Source: the human T2T-CHM13v2.0 reference genome, Homo sapiens | Strand: one strand, 5' to 3' | Assembly (NCBI RefSeq): GCF_009914755.1 | Contig: NC_060937.1 | DNA: 64,000 bases | Part shown: in pieces, positions 55,808 through 64,000 of the stretch | How positions within the stretch are numbered: the stretch's first letter is position 1 | How the letters are laid out: each line of letters begins with the position of its first letter | Notes under the pieces: model-generated | What the model was told of the DNA's origin: nothing | The model's database searches: none | Seen by the model: the letters and a program-made list of their open reading frames with translations, nothing else | Translations under genes and position numbers: made by a program

Positions 55808-56181
55808 TTTTTTTTATTATACTTTAAGTTTTAGGGTACATGTGCACAACGTGCAGGTTAGTTACATATGTATACATGTGCCATGTTGGTGTGCTGCACC
55901 CATCAACTCGTCATTTAACATTAGGTATATCTCCTAATGCTATCCCTCCCCCCTCTCCCCACCCCACAACAGGCCCCGGTGTGTGATGTTCCCCTTCCTG
56001 TGTCCATGTGTTCTCATTGTTCAATTGCCGCCTATAAGTGAGAACATGCGGTGTTTGGTTTTTTTGTCCTTGCGATAGTTTGCTGAGAATGATGGTTTCC
56101 AGCTTCATCCATGTCCCTACAAAGGACATTAACTCATCATTTTTTATGGCTGCATAGTATTCCATGGTGTATATGTGCCAC
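55808..56181 (-). mobile_element. L1PA4/5-type 3' end
   Basis: T tail, antisense 3'UTR and ORF2 end ([16 protein letters not shown]...[16 protein letters not shown]). Confidence 0.93.
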
Positions 56182-57439
56182 CTTAAACTTCTGAAGAACA
56201 GAAACGGCATTGCTCTTTTAACTAATTTTATTCTTGCTACACTCTGTGGTAGCTATTCACCAAGTTTTTATTGGATCCATTGAAGTTAAAGACCCAAATT
56301 TATTTGAAATTTTCTCATCGGTCTTATTCCCAAATAAAGCACTGACCTCTGTGTTATTAGAATGCCATTTTATAACATCTGCTAATTAGGAGCAGGCCTT
56401 TCCTTTGTTAATTCTACTTAACTAATAAACAGCAGGAAGAGTAGAGTTGGCCAAGAGAGGAGGAAATAAATGGGATGTAAATGAGTAAACACCCAATGCT
56501 GGGAAAGTCAGATAAGAGAAAAAAATTAAGGACTGAGAGAATGTATGAGATTAGAGGAGAAATTCTGTAACTCAGTAGAGAAAGTCAGCTGTGTTCACCC
56601 TATACTGAAGCAATGTGCTAATAATTCAAGAATTTGAAATTTTCAAGACGCTTTTTCACCACAAAGAACCTGGATCCCCTAACCTCAATTTCCAAGCATA
56701 TTCTCAGTATTGGACATTTTCACATAAATCTCTTTTTGATCTCCCAAACTCAGCATGTCACAAACTGAAATAATCTTCCCTTTCAATGCAGCCCCTCCTG
56801 ATGATGTTGTTAAAGGTGCTCTATATTTTCTTAGCCTCCCGTGCTTTCAGTCTTGGAATTTCCCTGGGCTGTTGTCTCTCTTTCTCTGCCAAACTAGTGA
56901 AGAGTCATTAGCTGTCATTTATTGACCTTCAGATCTTATGTCACTAGAATTTTCTATAAGTTATTTTGTTAATTAATTCTTGTGATAACCCTATGTAGTA
57001 CATACTAACATCCCCAAAGAAGTTATGAAACTCACCCAGAGCATAAATGGTGCTGTAAATGTAGCAAAGTGCCTTTGAGAGAATGAATATTGTGGGACAC
57101 TGCCTGAAGGCCATGATAGGTACTCTTTTCCCTGTACACGTCAGCATTTATCACACCTCCACTGCCTTGCCAGCCCCCCTGTGCCATTTACCAAAACATG
57201 CTTTGTCAGCAAATCATTATCTAAAACTGAAGGGTTGAAAAACAGTGCAATGAAACTCATTATTTTATTTACTGTGAATGAGAACACTATTTATGCTTAC
57301 ATAGTGGCAGTGTTCCACTGGAAAAAATTCTCTGTGACTCAGTATCAGGAATGGCTGTATTCTGAGCAACCAGCTGGATCTTATTTAATGAATATCATGA
57401 ACCCTATTGCTCATAATGTTTCTTCCTGTTTTGTCTGTT

Positions 57440-58029
57440 GGAAATCTCAGAACCACCTCTTTGACCTGAATCTAAGAGTTGAATTGTACCCCATGGTGCA
57501 CTTTCTGAGGTTCCCTTGACCACCCTCTTATTTTTCTCTTGGCTGCCCCCCAGTTAAGCCATGCCTCTCTCCTTTTCTGAATTTGAATGGAAGACCTCAC
57601 TGCGCAGATTGGATTTAGCTTTGTGAGTGGCTGCAGAGGAGCTAGAAGTGTCCTGGAAGTGCCGGGAAAAGAGCGCCCCTTAGGTGAGCCATGACATGGG
57701 TGACTACAGGAAGCCAGGCCAAGATGCCGTCTCACTGCTGTCTTCTGTGGACCTCTCCAGGCAGTGTTTTCCCTGGGAGTCCTTCCCTAGAAGCCCAGCA
57801 TCACGGGAGTAGGCAGCCTTCAGAGGGACCTGCTCAGTTTCTTGGTGGCTCACTTTGACACAGTAGCCAGTGCAGTGATGTGTCATATCCCATTCTTTGC
57901 TTGTTTCTGTGTCTCATTTCTCCTTGATTCCTCAGTCGCCTTGCTTCGGGCTTGTATCTCTGAAATAAAACGTTAGCACCTTGATCCATGCTTCAGGCTC
58001 TGCTTCCTGGAGAACTTGGACTATGACAA
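57440..58029 (+). mobile_element. Old ERVL-type LTR, family not determined
   Basis: GC-richer block with AATAAA at ~57964, ending 'caggctctgcttcctggagaacttggactatgaca' like ERVL LTR 3' termini; left boundary uncertain. Confidence 0.5.
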
Positions 58030-59553
58030 ATGTAAGACTGTTTGTTACAGGCATAAATCGGCACTTCTTGCTGCTTTTTGGTTGGTGGCTTGGTGTTAAG
58101 GGTAGTAGTGGCCACCTTTTTTCATCACAGAACTGGAACTACATTGCCAAGAGTTTGTATTTGGCAGAAACTTTCCTTCGGATGTCTTTCTCAAGAGGAA
58201 ACTGACAGTAAGTGTAATTCCAGTGTTATCCCCCAAACTCCAACATTTTAACCCCTTATTTCTCATTGGTACTGTAGGAATGCCAGAAAGCACAAAAGAG
58301 CAACTGCCTGTAGCCTGCTGTTAATATAGTTGAAATAACTTGTCAGACTTCCACTATGAAAGCAGATTTTTTTTCTGCTGGCAAAAACTAGAAGAGGTGC
58401 CATAAAATCAGAAATAAGCTGTGAAATGCACTTTAAGTTAATACGAAACTGTGTTGTTCTATTGACCTAGCACTCTGAAAAACAAGCAGTGTTGTCTTTT
58501 GAAGGATGATAAAACTGCAATGAGGATTTCTTTGTGGCATGGGGGAGGGGAGGGGTGGGTTTATTTTATTATTATTATTTTGTTGCAAAATAAAAGAGAC
58601 AGCTCTCTGTGACCTCAGTGAGAAATAAATCCTAAAACAGAATATTAGTGATTTTGAAGGTATTTCCATCTTAGCCATCCTAACCATAAACTAGTTGCTG
58701 CTTTATGTGTATCATAAGCTCCCTTTTTGCCCCAAATTCGCTTTCCTTGTAGTTTTTCTAATTATTTTCTTCCATAATAAGTTAACAAGACATCTCTTTC
58801 ATAAACAAATGTGTGTGTTTGACATGAGAAATGCTTTATTTCCAGCTCAGAGGACTCTTTTTGGTCAAAGCAGAATAAGGCTTTGTACTGAGTCTTCTTC
58901 CAAAGACTATTTTAATTTTATTAGTTTTTTAATATTCAAAAACAAGTCATGGCAGGGGAATAGTCAGCTCATTTTTAAGTGAGGCCAATTTTTCTTCTTA
59001 TTTCTCATTCACTCTTATGAAAACTTAGTCAGAAATTGAAAAGAAAAAAGTTAGAGACTATCTACAAAGCAACATAGAGCAGCCACAGCGTGGAAAAACC
59101 CAGCACTGTTTTTTTTCAAGTTTCAAATCCTGCCACACACAAAAAAACATTGTATGGAGTTCTATTTTCATGAATTATAAGTCTTTTGGATGCACCATGA
59201 AATCTAATATAAGCTGGTAAAGAGAATTCACCTTGACCTTGTCTCCTAAGGTGCCATTTTGAAGAGACAGTGCTGAGTTTAGTGAAGAAATGATGGGATG
59301 GGGAGCTCTGTTCATGCCTGAGGGCATTTGGAGCAAAGAGAACCTGAAAGAATTGTTAGTTCTGACTCCATGACCTTGTGATTAGACTTTGCTTCAGACC
59401 TACACAGTGAAACCTTGAGAAGCATGGTTATGAGCCTGGCTTTGGAATGAAAGGTGTGGGTGCGACCCCAGCCACATGAGAACCCTGGGACATGTCACAT
59501 CATAAATCTGCGTAAGTGTCAAATTTCTCAGCAGTTAAAAAACAAAAATATTC

Positions 59554-59846
59554 GGCCAGCTGCGGTGGCTCACGCCTGTAATCCCAGCACTTTGGGAGGC
59601 TGAGGTGGGCGGATCACAAGCTCAGGAGTTCGAGACTAGCCTGGCCAATACGGTGAAACCCTGTCTCTACTAAAAATAGAAAAATTAGCCAGGTGTGGTG
59701 GCACATGCCTGTAACCCCAGCTACTCGGGAGGCTGAGGCAGAAAAATCACTTGAACCCGGGAGGCAGAGGTTGCGGTGAGCTGAGATCATGCCACTGGAC
59801 TTCATCCTGGGTGACATAGAGAGACTCCGTCAAAAAAAAAAAAAAA
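59554..59846 (+). mobile_element. AluS (Sg/Sc-like) inside a MIR remnant
   Basis: Full dimer with A15 tail; MIR-like flanks at ~59420-59540 and ~59847-59900. Confidence 0.93.
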
Positions 59847-60651
59847 TCACATCTAACTCATGATGTACTTGGAGATCGACGAGATGACTTTAGTATAGCT
59901 GATAGGCCATCATAAGTTCATAGGATGGTGGTGGGTATTTTGTCTTATTTTTTATCAGTGTATTTTCAGCACCTAATATGTAGCATGACTTCAAGATTTA
60001 TTTATCAAATATTTTAAAGGACTTAAGATTACCCTTGACTGACCCATGTGCCAGGCAATCTTCTATTATTATTGGGAATATTCAAGCACTATTTTGTTCA
60101 GGATTTGATTAGTTTCTTAGGGATGAGCAAAGAGGGCAGTTTTAAAGCTCCTTCAGAGCTAACTCAAAGTCGCTGCTAGCAATTAAAAGAAGGTTAAAAA
60201 AAAAAAGTGGGACATGGATCCTCTTTATTCTCCTGGACATTAAAACGTGCCTCGACTTGTATTCTCCAATGTCCCACATTAAAGTTTAGCTGATAAGAGA
60301 GTTCCAGTGCTAAAACACAGTTTGGAAGTTACTCATCTCATACACATCCATGTTGTACCAACCGATGGCCCTCTCAGAAACAACACCATCAGTTTTTGGA
60401 TGTCTGTAGTGTTCAGCTCTGTCAACAGGGCTTAGGAAGGGACTCTAGCCCCTGCGAACATCTGGAGAATCTGGACACCATCTCCATTAACCTGATCCAG
60501 CAGATGTTCCCACCACACATATCTATTTCAAGATCTTCATTGGGAGAGGTACCATCTTTCAACTGCTCCAAGTTATGGTCCATTTCCCACCAATTAGTAA
60601 AAGAAAGTGTCTGTCTTCATGAATCCTGAAGTATACACACTCAGTGGTCTG

Positions 60652-61041
60652 TGATATGGTTTGGATATATATCCCATCCAAATCTCAAGCTGAAGTGTGA
60701 TTCCCAGTGTGGGAGGCGGAACCTGGTGGGTGGTGATTGGATCATGGGACAGATCCTTCATGAATGGCGTAGCACCATCCCCTTGGTGACGAGTGAGTTC
60801 TTGGTCAGTTAGTTCATGTGAGATCTGGTTGTCTAAAAAGTCAGTACCTCCTCCCTCTCTCTCTTGCCCCTGCTCTTGCCTTGTCATGACTGTAAACTCC
60901 CTGAGACCTGACCAGAAGCTAAGCACATGTTGGTGCCATGTCTGTGCAGCCTGCAGAGCCATGAGCCATTAAACCCCTTTGCTTTATAAATTACCCAGTC
61001 TCAGATATTTCTTTATAGCAGCACAAGAAAGACCTAATGCA
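60652..61041 (+). mobile_element. MSTA solo LTR
   Basis: 'tgatatggtttggat...catgaatggcgtagcaccatcccc...ttataaattacccagtctcag...ctaatgca'; TSD gtctg/gtccg. Confidence 0.92.
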
Positions 61042-61899
61042 GTCCGTTGTTAAGGAAGGATAGGATTAGGCACCTCTATGGCAATCCTAGCCAAGTGCCT
61101 TTTCAATCTATAAAAAACACTGCTTCTGTGGCACTGCTGACAGCTTCATTCAGTAAATTAGGACATGGTTCACTAATGTGGGTCTTACCACATTACACCA
61201 TGTTCCTACATCTCCTTCAAAATTATAAAGTTTTCTTTGGCCTGCCTCCTTTCATAAAAATGTCAGACACATCAGATACTTTAGACATTTATTTGGAGTA
61301 AAGAGCATCAGAATCTTAGGAAACGGGCCTCTGAAAGGAAGCATTAATGAATGCTTTGATTAATGAACCTGGGAGTTTAGAAATGATACCAAAAAAATAT
61401 GAAGTTATATATTGTTCTTGCCTTATTTTTTATAGCATAAACCGAAAATGCTGATATTCCTGTGTCCATGTTTAACTTTGCTGCACTTGTTCCTGTTTCA
61501 TCTCATTTCTGTTTTTCATGTTCAAATTTTGTTTCTCATGACCACAGGCCAGGAATAAAAGGGAAAACAGAAGGCCAAAGAAGATGTAGCTTATTATTAA
61601 GAGTCAGTGACTTGGGCTCTTTTCTTGCTGCGTAGACTTGCTTAGAAGCCTCTCGCGTAGACACGCACTCACTCCACAAACTTCCTGTCTTTCTCTCCTC
61701 TGTTTCCTTTTTCAGCATTTACACCCTCCCTCATCTCTCTCTACAGATTTTACAATCCAGCCTCTCCCATAATAATCTACAGTTAATGTTTCCTCTGTGG
61801 TCCCTGGTAACTTCCTACTCATCAACCCACCGACCTTCCCTTAGCCTTTGTCCTCCTTGACCCTTCCTTAGTTTTAACGACCCCCTAATTTCTTCAAGT

Positions 61900-62865
61900 C
61901 TAATCTTTGCTTGGTTTTTATCTCACAGTTATATCCTCATTCTTCAGCAATCACTCTAATTCTTTTTTCTCTATCTTTTTCACTTGTTTCTATTCTATTT
62001 TCATGCCTTCAAATGAGAGCATCCCCCAAGGTCCTGTTTCCTTTTCTCTCCCTTCTTTCCCTCTGTAGTCTCATCCAGTTTCTGTGGCTTTAACTATCAT
62101 CACCATATAAATGACTCTCACCTTACCCTAAATTACATCTTCATTTCTAACCTCTCTTTAGCTTCATTCTAATATTCTGAATTGCACAATAGAAATGTCT
62201 ACTTGAAGGTTTCCCTAATATCTCAAGTTTAACAGGTTCAAAACTGAACTCATTCTATTTCCCCTATACTGCTCTTCTTTCTGAATTTGGATTTCTTTTA
62301 ATGAGTCCACCATCCTCTAAGAAGCCTTGAATCACCTCTAATTCAATCAGTCTTGTTTTTCACACTCTGTATGTAGTCCAAGGCCATTCTAACAACGTTT
62401 TCACAGTCTCACTTACTAATCCTCCTTCGTCTTCCCCAGTGCCAGCCCCCTAGTTCAAGCTCCTATTCCCTCACTAGTCCCCCATGTCAATTTTCTCTGC
62501 TTTCCACTGCATTCTGTCCAGGGCTACCTATACCAATCTTCCTTACATGCCTAAGTGCTTGTGGCAATCCCTTGCTCTGAAATCTTCAAGATTTTTTTTC
62601 TTCTCACCTAACAAAGCAGAAATTCTTTCATTAGCCTTAGGTCCCTCCATGTTCTATAGCCAACTATAGTTAAAGACTCTTGTGGTCTTTAATTATCAAT
62701 AGTTTCCAATGCAGCCCACAGTGCAAATACAGGACCATAAGCCATTCTCCAAGGATGCTCTGCCTTTTGCTAACACTGAACTTCTGCTCATCAGTTGTCT
62801 CTATCAGTCCTGCTAGAAAACCCTAGCTCTCCACCTATTTGCATTTTTAAAAAGTCACTCTAGGC
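61900..62865 (+). mobile_element. L2 fragment
   Basis: 'ctcatccagtttctgtggctttaactatcatc...tctcaagtttaacaggttcaaaactgaactc'. Confidence 0.75.
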
Positions 62866-62869
62866 ATGC

Positions 62870-63666
62870 TGAAACTGAAGAGTTTCCTGACCCCCCTTAC
62901 AGGACCTGTGGCAGGGGTGTGGGTCAAACTCTTACGGGAGGATGAACATACAGACAGACAGGTGCGGGAGTCGGGCCAAGTGCTTTTTGGCTCCGGCCCC
63001 ACAGTAGTGTCTAGAAGTGGATGCCTGTGACTCCTGAAGCCCCAGTGGGCATCTTACAGTGCTCCTTTATCTCTGCTGTCTGCTGACGGCTTAAGTGTTA
63101 ACCAGCTCAGTGCCCTCTTGGCACCCAGGTTCTTGTCTGACATACAGGAAGAATCAGGTCACACAGACAAAATGGAGGATAGTAAATGTAGGGGATTTTA
63201 TTGCCAGGTGGAGGTGGCTCTCAGCTGGATGGATGGGGAGCTAGAAAGGGGATGGAGTAGGAAGATGATCTTCCCCTGGATTTCAGCCATCCTGTGGCCG
63301 ATCTCTCTGAACTTCCCCAGCCGAATTCCTCTCAATATTCAGATGCTCCTCTTCTCTCCTTCTCTGTTGCACTGCTCTACTGTTCCTCTGCTCTTCTGCT
63401 TGTCGGCTCATGGAGCCTGGGGCTTGGGGTTTATATGGGTACAGGATAGAGGGGCATGGTGGGCCAAAAGGCAGCATTTGGGTGTGAAAACAGGAATGCC
63501 TGTTTCCATTTAGAGCCATTTACATTACCAGGTTTCCAGGCTTGGGGTGCGAAAACAGGAATGCCTGTACCCATTTAGGGCCACAGGTTTCCAAGCTTGA
63601 GGGTGGAGCCTTTGCTGGGGAACTGCCCTCTTCTAACCAGTATTTCCCTGTCTCCTGTCCGTATCA
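62870..63666 (-). mobile_element. LTR1-family (ERV1) solo LTR
   Basis: The minus strand begins 'tgatacggacaggagacagggaaatactggttagaagagggcagttcccc', the recalled LTR1 start; TG...CA termini. Confidence 0.85.
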
Positions 63667-64000
63667 ATATGCTAAGTGCCTGTGGGAGAAAAAAAAAATC
63701 TTCCTTGAGGGATATAAAAATACTCAATAGATATTTGTTACATAGAATTCAAATGAATACAATTGGACTAAGAAAATATTTTGAACTTGCATATTGAATC
63801 ACATCAGAGGGATCAAGAAAAAGAAAAAGAAAAAAATGAAGAAGAAAGAGGGTCGTGATAGTGAAAAGGTGTGGGAAAGAGATAGAGTATTAACTTTTAT
63901 TTGATGAATGTGAAATTTCATCCTTAGCATCTTGGCCCAATAAACAAATGCCTCCTTGATTCTATCTCGTTGGGGAGGCTACCCTGGAAAAGCCTGGAAC

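Noticed and set aside
55798-56192. TSD for the L1PA4/5 fragment (cataagctcct vs cttaaacttct)
   Set aside because: Only 8/11 identity, too diverged for an element this young to call confidently
57670-57690. Possible CTCF site (gagcgccccttaggtg)
   Set aside because: Only about 11/14 match to the core with key positions wrong, and it lies inside a probable LTR
63487-63583. ~32-bp direct repeat 'gaaaacaggaatgcctgt..ccatttag.gcca'
   Set aside because: Internal to the LTR1 element and may be a subfamily feature; it cannot be called locus-specific without the consensus

Overview
Primate (human-like) AT-rich, non-coding genomic DNA, intronic or intergenic; I could not identify the locus. I find no protein-coding exon, RNA gene or CpG island that I can support, and the recognisable ORFs in the track derive from L1 ORF2, Alu, LTRs or simple repeats. 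The window is a mosaic of L1, L2, MIR, Alu, MaLR/ERV LTRs, hAT MITEs and one ancient RTE-type LINE fossil. Subfamily names come from recalled consensus sequences, not from a RepeatMasker run, and boundaries of old repeats are approximate. The real structure is in rearrangement scars: (1) a 705-bp inverted duplication, 703/705 identical (24438-25142 vs 26879-27583), around a 1736-bp spacer; (2) a young L1PA insertion combining a 5' inversion of an ORF1 piece, a ~3.3-kb internal gap and a probably two-step 3' transduction, all inside a 14-bp TSD; (3) two older twin-primed L1s; (4) several locally templated copies, including a 114-bp duplicate, a minisatellite seeded from 1.1 kb away and a fold-back microsatellite cassette. 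I cannot claim a new biological system from sequence alone; these are the best leads.
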